A DNA stretch of 64,000 bases from NCBI GenBank assembly GCA_964558395.1, contig CAZLDS010000007.1, forward strand, positions 6,099 through 70,098, in the 5' to 3' direction. Below, in pieces: positions 18,732-26,962 of this stretch. The translations under genes and the position numbers were made by a program. The DNA comes from an uncultured bacterium (GTDB lineage Bacteria > Methylomirabilota > Methylomirabilia > Methylomirabilales > CSP1-5). The notes beneath the pieces are model-generated. The model made no database searches. It worked only from the letters and a program-made list of their open reading frames with translations, and had not been told where the DNA came from. Positions within the stretch are counted from its first letter, which is position 1. The number at the start of each line of letters is the position of its first letter.

Positions 18732-18775
18732 CACCCCCTTTCGCAGAGAGGTATCTCCCTTTCCGACTGATGCTC

Positions 18776-18821
18776 AAAAAACGAAACGCCCCCCGGGCCG
18801 TGCTCCGCCCGAAAGGCGTCT
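18776..18821 (-). terminator. intrinsic terminator inside the FDH operon leader (attenuator or riboswitch expression platform candidate)
   Basis: Minus-strand RNA: AGACGCC-UU-UCGGGC-GGAGCACG-GCCCGG-GG-GGCGUUU-CG-UUUUUU. That is a 7-bp plus 6-bp stem including G-U pairs, followed by a U6 tract. It lies between the promoter and the first start codon. Confidence 0.6.
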
Positions 18822-18885
18822 GGGTGCGCATTGCAGCGTCAAAAGTGACTGACGTCAATTGGACAATAGTCGTCATCCCGGGTGC

Positions 18886-18894
18886 ATTATAACA
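18886..18894 (-). promoter_or_regulatory. extended -10 promoter (TGTTATAAT) of the FDH operon
   Basis: Minus strand reads TGT-TATAAT, a consensus -10 with a TGn extension. No good -35. About 150 nt upstream of the first ORF. Confidence 0.55.
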
Positions 18895-19055
18895 ACCTCC
18901 ACCGGGAGCTTGCTCTAGGTGAGGATGTGAGCTGTCAGCCAGGGAGGAGGGGAAACATGACATTGGTCATGCCTTAGGCTGACCCTAGTTAGGCTTTCGC
19001 TACTTGTAACATTGGCGTAACACCCTCGTCAAGAGCTTTTTTCAAGGGGGCTAAT

Positions 19056-19817
19056 CTAGGGGGGGGTGGCGGATTCCCCCTCCTGCTCCTCTGCCGTCTC
19101 GGCGGAAAACAGGGGGCCCGTGAAGCTCGACTTCTTTACCTGGATCAGGTGTCCTGGCTTCTCCGAGCCCCAGTCGGTGAGGACCTCCTGCTCTAACTCC
19201 AGGAACGCGCGGACGATCTTCCCTATTCCCCGATAAAACTCTCCCCCCCTCTTCTCTAAGTCGTGACCAAATGTGGGGACCCACCGGATGAGGTGAACCT
19301 TCACGAAATCTCCCTGGAGATTAACCCAGCGGGTTTCCTCATCGGGATTGGCTGAATTTTCCTGGCGCGTAATGAGTTGCCGCATGATATCGCACATAAA
19401 GGCGATGTGGTCCTCTGGCTCTGGCCATTCCTCGCCTTTCTCGAGTCCGACCCGTCGCATGAAGTTTCGGATGAGGACGAGGGGGGCCCCGAAGAGCGCG
19501 CCGGTCACATAAAAAGACTCGCAGGGAGTGATCTGGGGGATGCCCGGTCCGACAAAGAGGGGCGTAAACTCCTCAGCTACTTGCGCCGTGAAGGCCTTGG
19601 GGTTCTCCCGATTCTTTAGGAGGACCTGGCTCACCTCGCGCCACCCCTCACCCAGCAAAGGGTGCAGCGCGCCCGCCGCTTCGATGCGCGCCTCCAGGTT
19701 GCGTCCGAGCGGCTCCAAAAGCTCGACCGTCGGCTCCCGGAGAAACAGGGCGGAGAAGAGTTCATAGTACTCGCGGCGAAACTGGCAGAGTTCCCGATCG
19801 CCGATCACGGCTCCCAT
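19056..19817 (-). CDS. TorD/DmsD/NarJ-family redox enzyme maturation chaperone
   Basis: From the internal ATG at 19817: FTPLFVGPG...PCESFY...EPEDHIAFMCDIMRQL, the TorD-family pattern. Overlaps the upstream gene's end by 13 nt. The tracked N-terminal 88 aa overlap the polyferredoxin gene (19805..21928) out of frame and carry no TorD-family motif. Confidence 0.75.
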   Translation of the reverse strand: MGAVIGDRELCQFRREYYELFSALFLREPTVELLEPLGRNLEARIEAAGALHPLLGEGWREVSQVLLKNRENPKAFTAQVAEEFTPLFVGPGIPQITPCESFYVTGALFGAPLVLIRNFMRRVGLEKGEEWPEPEDHIAFMCDIMRQLITRQENSANPDEETRWVNLQGDFVKVHLIRWVPTFGHDLEKRGGEFYRGIGKIVRAFLELEQEVLTDWGSEKPGHLIQVKKSSFTGPLFSAETAEEQEGESATPP

Positions 19818-21928
19818 CCCTTTTGCATTTCCATCATCGCCTTGACGGCCCGGCAGTCCGGGCACATCAGTAGCAGGTCGGCCCGGCCCTCGAGAAAGGC
19901 CTCCATCATCCCCACTTTGGCCTGGATGGCAGCGAGCGCTCGCTTGGTGACGTACTCTTTGCCGCACTGGAGGCAGCCCACCATCTCGTCCTGGACCATC
20001 ACCTGGTAGGCAAAAGCCGCCTTGTCGAGGATCAAATCCCGGTGCAGGGTGATGACATTCTCCGGACATGCCTTCTCGCACATCCCACAGGCGACACAGC
20101 TCATGTACCGAAACTCCAGCGTGTGCTTCTCGTCATCCAGCTTGAAGGCTTGGACCGGACAGACGTTGACGCAGGACCGGCACATGGTGCATCCCTCGGC
20201 CCGGACATCGGACCAAGCAAAGGGGAAGGGGGTATTCTCCTTGACGCGACCCGGGTCCCTCCCGGTGCCGGAGAGGAAGGTCTCCATCGCATCAGCGATG
20301 ATCTCGCGGTTCTCCACCTTATCGGGAAACTGCCCGTCCCACCTGAGCGGGAAGAGGGACGCCGCGTTGGCAAAGCGTCCCAGGGCGGTCAGGGCCTCAT
20401 GGGCCGCTTCCTCGGTGGTAAACAGACGAACTCGTTCTCCTCCGAGTCCGAACGCCTCGAGAATTATTCTGGTGAAGTCTAGCTTCTCGAAGAGAAGCTG
20501 TCGCTCTCCATGGGGACACTCCTCGCACCCCAGCAGAGCCACCCCCGCTGCCCCCAGGCGAAAGGCCGCGAGCATGTTCGCCTCAGAGACATAGCGCAAG
20601 CACGGGACCTCGATGGGGAGGAAGTTGGCCGGCAAGGTGACCTGGAAGGCCCGGGCATTTTGCAGCGCAGCCCGCCCTTTATTACTACAATGAAACCCGA
20701 GGACCGGCCGCTCCTCCTCGTCACCATTGACGGGAGCCAGGAGTGCCCGCATCTTCGTATAGAGATAATGAGGGGAGGGCTCGACGAAGTGCAGCGCCGA
20801 GGTGGGGCATGCGGAGATGCACGCGCCACATCCCTCACAGCTTATCGGGTCCACCGCGACCCGGGAAGGCGACGCAACAGGATCTCGCTGGATGGCGTCG
20901 TAAGGGCAGGACGGGATGCAAATGCCGCATCCTTTGAAATCGGCATACCCCCCCGCACATGTCCCGAGGTTGTACCGGACAAATTCCGGCTTCATGAAGT
21001 CGCCGATCAAGGCCATCACGTCCAAGGCAACCCGATCCACGTCTTCCGGGCGTACGGTAGGAACATGATGAATGCCGGGACGCCGGTGGCGGGGTGGCAG
21101 CTGTTGGCTTCCCAGGAAGATCACCTGATCGACCTCCACCACGTGCTGGTCCTTGCGAGGAATTCTGATCGCCTGGACCGCCCCGCATTCGGTGAGGCAA
21201 TCCCCACACCGATCGCACTTCGAATCAATGAGGCGTAGTCCTGCCGTGATGGCCTGCGTGTGGCATACGGGGACGCATCGCATGCAGGAGACGCAGCGCT
21301 CAAGGTCAATCGCCTGGGTCCTTTCCACGAGGATCTTGAACTTTCCCAATTGTCCTTGGATTTCGGTCACGCGCCCGCGGTTCACTTCACAGGGGGGCGG
21401 CGAGGGGAGAAAGCTGTCGAAGGCCTCGGAGGTCTCCTCGAGGAGAAGCGTGACCCTCGCATGGTTGGCGAGGCGTCTGGCGAGCGAAAAGGCGTGGGGA
21501 GTCTCGGCGACAATGAAGATCAAGTCCCCCGCCCTGACCGGCATCTCCGACATCTGCTGATGCGCCTCGGCCGTCTCCAGGCGTGCCCTGAGGAGTCGGG
21601 CTACCTTCTGATTGGCCGCATCCCGGTCCTCATGGACCCAAAAACACTCTTCTTTGAGATTGAGGAGGTGGATCTGATTCGCCTGAAATCCGACGGTCGA
21701 AAGTTCTTTGAGAAAGAACTCCCGTTGGCCACAGCACCCGATTAAGATGTGGTCATGCTTCTCCTTTTGGGCGTGGTACTTGAGCGGATGGACATCATCC
21801 AGCTGGAGGCGCGAGAAAAGCCGTGGCTTCGACGGCAAGTTCAAGAACCGCGTGATGGTCCCGACGTTGAGAGGGAGGGATCGATTGCAGTCGCAGAGAA
21901 AGATACCAACACTCTTGGTCTTGGCCAT
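19805..21928 (-). CDS. polyferredoxin with central MvhD/FlpD-like domain
   Basis: Six CxxCxxCxxxC(P)-type cluster motifs. The central segment VLGFHCSNKG...IEVPCLRYV...AAFRLGAAGVALLGCEECPHGE resembles the MvhD/FlpD hydrogenase Fe-S subunit. There is an N-terminal Cys-rich module (FLCDCNRSL, IGCCGQ) and a C-terminal CxxC...CxxC. No signal peptide. Confidence 0.7.
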   Translation of the reverse strand: MAKTKSVGIFLCDCNRSLPLNVGTITRFLNLPSKPRLFSRLQLDDVHPLKYHAQKEKHDHILIGCCGQREFFLKELSTVGFQANQIHLLNLKEECFWVHEDRDAANQKVARLLRARLETAEAHQQMSEMPVRAGDLIFIVAETPHAFSLARRLANHARVTLLLEETSEAFDSFLPSPPPCEVNRGRVTEIQGQLGKFKILVERTQAIDLERCVSCMRCVPVCHTQAITAGLRLIDSKCDRCGDCLTECGAVQAIRIPRKDQHVVEVDQVIFLGSQQLPPRHRRPGIHHVPTVRPEDVDRVALDVMALIGDFMKPEFVRYNLGTCAGGYADFKGCGICIPSCPYDAIQRDPVASPSRVAVDPISCEGCGACISACPTSALHFVEPSPHYLYTKMRALLAPVNGDEEERPVLGFHCSNKGRAALQNARAFQVTLPANFLPIEVPCLRYVSEANMLAAFRLGAAGVALLGCEECPHGERQLLFEKLDFTRIILEAFGLGGERVRLFTTEEAAHEALTALGRFANAASLFPLRWDGQFPDKVENREIIADAMETFLSGTGRDPGRVKENTPFPFAWSDVRAEGCTMCRSCVNVCPVQAFKLDDEKHTLEFRYMSCVACGMCEKACPENVITLHRDLILDKAAFAYQVMVQDEMVGCLQCGKEYVTKRALAAIQAKVGMMEAFLEGRADLLLMCPDCRAVKAMMEMQKGWEP

Positions 21929-21990
21929 GGAGTCTTCCCGCTCAGATTCCTGCGAGAGAGGGAGGAAGGACCACGCTCGGGTAGTTGTTT

Positions 21991-22020
21991 AGGCTATGTG
22001 GTGAATAGAGGCGCTGTCAA
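21991..22020 (-). promoter_or_regulatory. candidate promoter of the polyferredoxin-TorD pair
   Basis: Minus strand: TTGACA (22020-22015), 18-nt spacer, TAGCCT (21996-21991). About 60 nt upstream of the ATG at 21928. Confidence 0.4.
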
Positions 22021-22072
22021 GGAAAAATAAAACCGCAGCTCGTTGAGGAACCCTCACCCTTACTCAACATTC

Positions 22073-22531
22073 TCACTCATCCGCCTCTTCGAGAGAGCCG
22101 TGCTCTTCCTTGAAAAGCTTGTCGAGCGCGTCGCTCACAAAGGCATGGTACTGCTCGTCATCAAAGAAGGATTTGTCTCCCCGGCGTTGTCGGTCCGCCT
22201 CTTCTTCCTGGGACGCAGCAGAGACCGCCTCTTGGATCCCAACGACGATCGCCCAGGCGGGTTGGACCTCAAGCGGCTGGGGGACGTACTTTTTCCAAGC
22301 GCGCTGCCAGATCTCCTTATAGAAACCTCTCTCCTCGAATTCCGCGATCCACGCAGTTTCCTGGCGAACGCGTTCCGCGCTGGTTAACGCCCCTTCGAGA
22401 TCCGCCCAGATCTCTTCCACCAGGTGCCGCAGATACGCCTCGTGGACGGCGTCCATGAACTCCTTGCCTTTCCGCCGCCCTTTCTTCCCTTTCCCCTTTT
22501 TCCGTTGCGCCTCCATCATCCCACCTCTCAC
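22073..22531 (-). CDS. hypothetical protein (Lys/Arg-rich N-terminus, acidic C-terminus)
   Basis: 152-aa ORF with no recognisable motif. The only support is that it is the sole ORF of at least 140 aa in a 22073..22531 interval that no other called gene occupies. Confidence 0.4.
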   Translation of the reverse strand: MRGGMMEAQRKKGKGKKGRRKGKEFMDAVHEAYLRHLVEEIWADLEGALTSAERVRQETAWIAEFEERGFYKEIWQRAWKKYVPQPLEVQPAWAIVVGIQEAVSAASQEEEADRQRRGDKSFFDDEQYHAFVSDALDKLFKEEHGSLEEADE

Positions 22532-22719
22532 GGTGTGGGGATTGCCTCATCCACCCCATCATACCGCCGCTCGAACTGTCAAGGGAGAAGGAAATTCGGT
22601 GCTCGACAGCCAGAGAGAAAGGGGTTATCATCCCCGCACCCGGCGATGAGGGCCGGGCATCGCGCGTTTGAATGGGAAATTGTGTGTGCAGTGCAAGGAT
22701 CGGGAGTCGCACGGTGAGC

Positions 22720-23109
22720 ATGCGGATCGTTCTCGTGGTGCTTGTTGGGATCCTCGCTTTCAATGTGCGTGGCCTGGCCGCCGAGAAGGGAGATCCCAAG
22801 CATGGTCAGGCGCTCTATGTGGAATACTGCCTCCAGTGTCACGGCGGTCATGGTGAAGGCTGGGGGTGGGGGGGGAAAATCCCGCCACCGCCCGTTCCTG
22901 TTCCCGATTTGTCGAATCCGGACCACATGACGCAGCTCTCGGATCAGTACCTGTTTGACATCATTAAGGATGGCGGAGAAGCGGTAGGGAAGACTCGCTT
23001 CATGCCCCCTGCGGGACGCGTCCTCAGTGATGAGGAAATCTGGGACGTGGTGGCGTATCTCCGATCCCTCAGTCAGCTGGCCCACGGGTCCAAGGAGCCG
23101 AAGCGGTGA
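22720..23109 (+). CDS. class I c-type cytochrome (monoheme), secreted
   Basis: Signal peptide from the ATG at 22720. Heme site CLQCHG, and a distal Met candidate in GKTRFMPP. Confidence 0.75.
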   Translation: MRIVLVVLVGILAFNVRGLAAEKGDPKHGQALYVEYCLQCHGGHGEGWGWGGKIPPPPVPVPDLSNPDHMTQLSDQYLFDIIKDGGEAVGKTRFMPPAGRVLSDEEIWDVVAYLRSLSQLAHGSKEPKR

Positions 23110-23134
23110 CGTGGGGTAACAGGGGGGATGTGCG

Positions 23135-24286
23135 ATGAAGTATAACCGGTGGCCGTTGGGCATTTTTCTCTGCGGACTCGGCTTGGGGGGAGTCATCGTA
23201 GGCCTCGGGCAGTCCTCCGCCCACGAGAAACACGACGCGGCCGGCCGCTTTCCCCACTCGGTGATTCTGGGCGACTTCAATGGGGACGGCCACCTGGACC
23301 TGGCCATTGCCGCCTCAGGGGAACGCAAGATTCGAGTGCTCTTGGGAGATGGCAAGGGAGGCGTGGCTTCGAACCATGCGTACGCTGTCGGGCGGGGTCC
23401 AATCTGGGTGACGGCCGGAGACCTCAATGGCGATACGCACCTGGACCTGGTCTCGACGAACAGCCGTGCGGGGAGTGCAACCCTGTATTTTAATGATGGG
23501 ATGGGCCGCTTCGCAAACCGGCAGGACCTGGAAGCCTTTCAGGGTCCGGTGGCGGCGGCGGTCGGGGACTTTGATCGGGACGGCCACATGGATCTGTCGG
23601 TGGCCGATACGCTCGCCTCGCAAGTCTTTATCTTCCGCGGGGACGGGACCGGGCGCTTCACACCGGGACAACAGTACCCCGTTGGTCGTCGGCCCCACAT
23701 TATGGCCGAGGCCGATCTCAACAAAGATGGTATCGTTGATCTCCTGGTGACCAGCCTGGGATCGCATACCATCTCAGTCCTCCTCGGCAAAGGCGATGGT
23801 ACCTTCCAGGCGCTCACGCGCGTCAAGGTAGGCCGGTTCCCTCACTATATGGCCATCGCCGACTTCACCGGGGATGGGCAACCGGATGTGGCAGTCGTCT
23901 GCGCGGGAGACGATGCGGTTTTCCTTATGGCCGGTGATGGGAAGGGAGGTCTGCGGAAGCTGGCCGAGCTTCCGGCCGGTGTCAATCCCCACCCCGTGGC
24001 AACAGCGGACTTCGACGCGGACGGGCAGTTGGACTTAGTCGTGGGAAACCGCAGCTCGAAGGACCTCACCATCTTCAGGGGGGATGGGACGGGGAACTTC
24101 AGCCGTCTGCCGGATATGCAGCTCCCTGATGACCCCATCGTCCTCGCAACGGGGGATTTCGATGAGGACGGGAAACCTGATCTCGCCATTATCTTCGCCT
24201 CGCTAAACGCGGCCGGCATCTATCGCGGCGATGGCAAAGGGGGGTTCATCCCGGTGGTCTCGTCGGCGTCTCCATCCCGGGGATGA
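23135..24286 (+). CDS. secreted FG-GAP/VCBS repeat protein (seven-repeat beta-propeller)
   Basis: Signal peptide followed by seven repeats of the GDFNGDGxxDL type (GDFNGDGHLDLA, GDLNGDTHLDLV, GDFDRDGHMDLS, ADLNKDGIVDLL, ADFTGDGQPDVA, ADFDADGQLDLV, GDFDEDGKPDLA). Confidence 0.8.
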   Translation: MKYNRWPLGIFLCGLGLGGVIVGLGQSSAHEKHDAAGRFPHSVILGDFNGDGHLDLAIAASGERKIRVLLGDGKGGVASNHAYAVGRGPIWVTAGDLNGDTHLDLVSTNSRAGSATLYFNDGMGRFANRQDLEAFQGPVAAAVGDFDRDGHMDLSVADTLASQVFIFRGDGTGRFTPGQQYPVGRRPHIMAEADLNKDGIVDLLVTSLGSHTISVLLGKGDGTFQALTRVKVGRFPHYMAIADFTGDGQPDVAVVCAGDDAVFLMAGDGKGGLRKLAELPAGVNPHPVATADFDADGQLDLVVGNRSSKDLTIFRGDGTGNFSRLPDMQLPDDPIVLATGDFDEDGKPDLAIIFASLNAAGIYRGDGKGGFIPVVSSASPSRG

Positions 24287-24329
24287 GCGGCTGTCCAATG
24301 CTGCCCATCGAGAGCGAGAAGGGTGCCTG

Positions 24330-25541
24330 ATGCTGAGACGGGTGTCCCGACGACTGCGTCGCGTCTTGATCTGTGTCCCTCTCCTGTGTCTCCTCTGGTC
24401 GGGCCCGGCACAGCCTGCCCCGTTCACGATCCGGAAGGTGGTCGCTGCAGGGGACCATGCCGCTCGGGGAGAGACCTTTACCGAGTTCGATCCTGTGGCG
24501 AACACCGGGGCGATTCTGTTCGATGCGCTGGTCGAGCAGAACAAACCCTTTCATGCGATCTACGTGGCTCGACGTTCTTCCCTCTCCCGAGTCGTAGCGA
24601 TCGGCGACCCCTCTCCCCTGGGCGGGTTCTTCATCGGCTTGAGCTCTGCGGTCCTAAACACCAATGGACAATTGGCCTTCCTCGGATCAGCCGCGGGCGG
24701 AATTGCCGAGGCGATTTACGTCACCGGCGGGAGCAACCTGAAAAAGGTGGTGGGCGTCAATGATGCTGCCCCAGGCGGAGGCGTGTTACGCGAGATCAGT
24801 GAGGTCACGCTCAACGACGCCGGCGCCATCGCCTTTGTCGCGCGAGTCGAGGGGGGAGGGTCCGTTAGGGCCCTCTTTGTCGCCTCGGCCGACGTGTTCC
24901 ATAAGGTAATGGGGGCCGGCGATCCCACGCCGATCGGCGGGCACTTCACCGAATTCATCAATCTCTCGCTCAACAATCGTGGAGAGATGGCCTTCGAAGG
25001 GGGGATCTATCAAGGTCGGGCACCTTCGGGAATCTTTGTTCGCACCAAGTCGGGCGTGCGAAGGATCGTAGCCGTAGGCGATCCCTCGCCCGTCGGGGGA
25101 ACCTTCAAGGACCTGGCCCTTCCCATCCTGGACGATCATGGGGATGTCCTTTTTTGGGCCTCCCTGGAGGGGACCGAGATTCCCGCCGGCCTCTTTCTCG
25201 CGTCGGGCGAGGCCATCCAGAAGGTGGCGGCGAGGGGAGATCCCTTACCGGGTGGAGGACAACTCTCTTTTATCGGGCTCAACTACTCGTTCAACGGGAG
25301 AGGTATAGCGGCCTTTGAAGCGGAGATCACCGGAATGGATACGAGCCACGGAATCTTTCTGGCTCAGAATGGCGCAGTGACCCCCCTCGTACGCGTAGGG
25401 GACCCGACTCCGGTAGGGGGACGTTTTACCAATCTGACCACCCCCCAGGTTGGCCCCGACGGGACCGTGGCCTTTGCCGGCGACGTGGAGGGAGGTCAGG
25501 CTGCCTCCGGCCTCTTCCTCGCGGTTCCCACTACGCAATAG
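24330..25541 (+). CDS. secreted NxxGxxAF tandem-repeat protein (seven repeats)
   Basis: Start at the ATG at 24330 gives a signal peptide. Seven repeats follow, each with GDPxPxGGxF...(L)NxxGxxAF (for example LNTNGQLAF, LNDAGAIAF, LNNRGEMAF, FNGRGIAAF, VGPDGTVAF). Confidence 0.7.
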   Translation: MLRRVSRRLRRVLICVPLLCLLWSGPAQPAPFTIRKVVAAGDHAARGETFTEFDPVANTGAILFDALVEQNKPFHAIYVARRSSLSRVVAIGDPSPLGGFFIGLSSAVLNTNGQLAFLGSAAGGIAEAIYVTGGSNLKKVVGVNDAAPGGGVLREISEVTLNDAGAIAFVARVEGGGSVRALFVASADVFHKVMGAGDPTPIGGHFTEFINLSLNNRGEMAFEGGIYQGRAPSGIFVRTKSGVRRIVAVGDPSPVGGTFKDLALPILDDHGDVLFWASLEGTEIPAGLFLASGEAIQKVAARGDPLPGGGQLSFIGLNYSFNGRGIAAFEAEITGMDTSHGIFLAQNGAVTPLVRVGDPTPVGGRFTNLTTPQVGPDGTVAFAGDVEGGQAASGLFLAVPTTQ

Positions 25542-25543
25542 CT

Positions 25544-25578
25544 GTCAGCGTTCAGTAGTCAGCCGTCAGCAATCAGCA
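25544..25578. repeat. tandem heptanucleotide repeat, GTCAGCN x5
   Basis: GTCAGCG TTCAGTA GTCAGCC GTCAGCA ATCAGCA, beginning 3 nt after the upstream stop codon. It degenerates into GCCGACA GCCGTCG. Flanked by GCTGTCAG...GCCGACAGC. Confidence 0.8.
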
Positions 25579-26037
25579 GCCGACAGCCGTCGATCGGCCA
25601 TTACCAAAGATACAAAAACTCCTACCTCGAACGTTAGTAACTTTCCAGCGCCCTGGTGCCTTGCACTCTTCTCGGCACTGTAGCGATGACCCGTCAGGGA
25701 CACACAAGACAGCCGCGGGTCACCCTCCCCGGAGCAAGCTAGGCATCTCCGGCTTGGTTTCGTTCCCCATCTGGAACTCCCTTCTGATGACAAGGCCCGC
25801 GTGTTCGCGGGAGTGAGAGTGCATGGAGGACGATTTGAGGGAAAGATGCGTTCCAGCGCGAGGATTTTATTTTCAGTTTGACATATTCAGTGCAAGGGGT
25901 GTAAGGATAATTTTGCTGCCAGGTCCAACGGGATTCCTCATTGGAGACACGCAACGCCCGCCTGGATCACCTGCCCGCGATGTTTCCAGAGTTACTGGAC
26001 TCAATCATGGGACTGTTGAACACTTTTTGATTGGGGA

Positions 26038-26697
26038 GTGCGGGCCATGGAACAGCAGGGACAGCGGATGGGAAGAGCAGTTACACTGAAGGAGTTGGGC
26101 CTCACACATGACGCCTGGGCACCGCTCATGACGAGTGTCGTCGTCTTCCTCTTGGTAGCGTTCACAGGGCTCCTTGTCACGATGCCGGCCTGGCATGCTT
26201 TGGGGGTTGGACGGCCGTTCCTGCCTGAATTTCTCATGCCCATAACGGCTTTTGTGTTGCTGCTGGTCACCACCGGGGGGTTGAGTGTCGCCTGGGGGGG
26301 TGGAACGATCAGCCTCCTCGGCCTGTGGGAGGTCCTTGGGAAGCGGACGACGTTCGCCACGGTCCGGCTGTTTACGGGGCTCACCCTCCTGATCGTTTGG
26401 TTGCTCGTTGCTACGTATCTAAACATTTACGCCACCCCTCGGCCAGAGATGGCGTCCCGGCTACTCTCCCAGAACCCAGCGCTCCATTATGCCCTCTATA
26501 CGTTCCACCACTATAATAATTGGATGCACTTTGTGTTTGCCATCGGGGCGTTGGCAATGATCTGGGGTTATGGCGATAGGCTGCTCCGCAGTCGGGCCGC
26601 CCAGGTGATCACCCTTTGCCTGATCTGGCTTACCTTCTTTAGCCTCTCGCTGACAATCGGGCTCCACTCCGCTGCGGTCCGCCTGATTCCCGGCTAG
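26038..26697 (+). CDS. polytopic membrane protein of unknown function
   Basis: 219-aa ORF with about 6 hydrophobic helices and no recognised motif. Confidence 0.5.
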   Translation: MRAMEQQGQRMGRAVTLKELGLTHDAWAPLMTSVVVFLLVAFTGLLVTMPAWHALGVGRPFLPEFLMPITAFVLLLVTTGGLSVAWGGGTISLLGLWEVLGKRTTFATVRLFTGLTLLIVWLLVATYLNIYATPRPEMASRLLSQNPALHYALYTFHHYNNWMHFVFAIGALAMIWGYGDRLLRSRAAQVITLCLIWLTFFSLSLTIGLHSAAVRLIPG

Positions 26698-26962
26698 GTC
26701 CACGAGATCCGTCCGAACATTCGGCGAACAACTCCTGCCGCCCGAGGAATAGCGACAAGAGAAGGATTGCAAGTTCGAGGCTGAGGTGGCTTCTGAGGCG
26801 GGAGTCGCGCAAGCTCACGTGGAAGAAGAGGAGGTTCCGGCGGATGTGGACGGGGCAACTGGTAATCCTCGACCAGGGGAAAAATTGGACGACGTTGAGG
26901 ACGAAACATAGCCGACCACCGAGGGTCCCGATACCGCTTTGAGACGTGGCGTGAACACATTG

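Noticed and set aside
18735-18885. Explicit assignment of the FDH leader to the Moco/Tuco riboswitch class
   Set aside because: I could find GGAAAGG-like and GCAC-GG-like fragments, but not the CCGAGCC-type core I recall for the motif. The element is reported only as an unclassified terminator-containing leader.
18616-18963. 115-aa ORF spanning the FDH leader
   Set aside because: It runs through the promoter, the terminator hairpin and into the acidic ORF in another frame. It has no RBS and no motif.
25823-26089. 88-aa ORF in the long gap before the membrane protein gene
   Set aside because: It overlaps the start of the 26038 gene out of frame and has no RBS. The region contains only a short CCCGCG-TGTT-CGCGGG hairpin and a weak TTGACA-18-TAAGGA promoter candidate that I could not support further.
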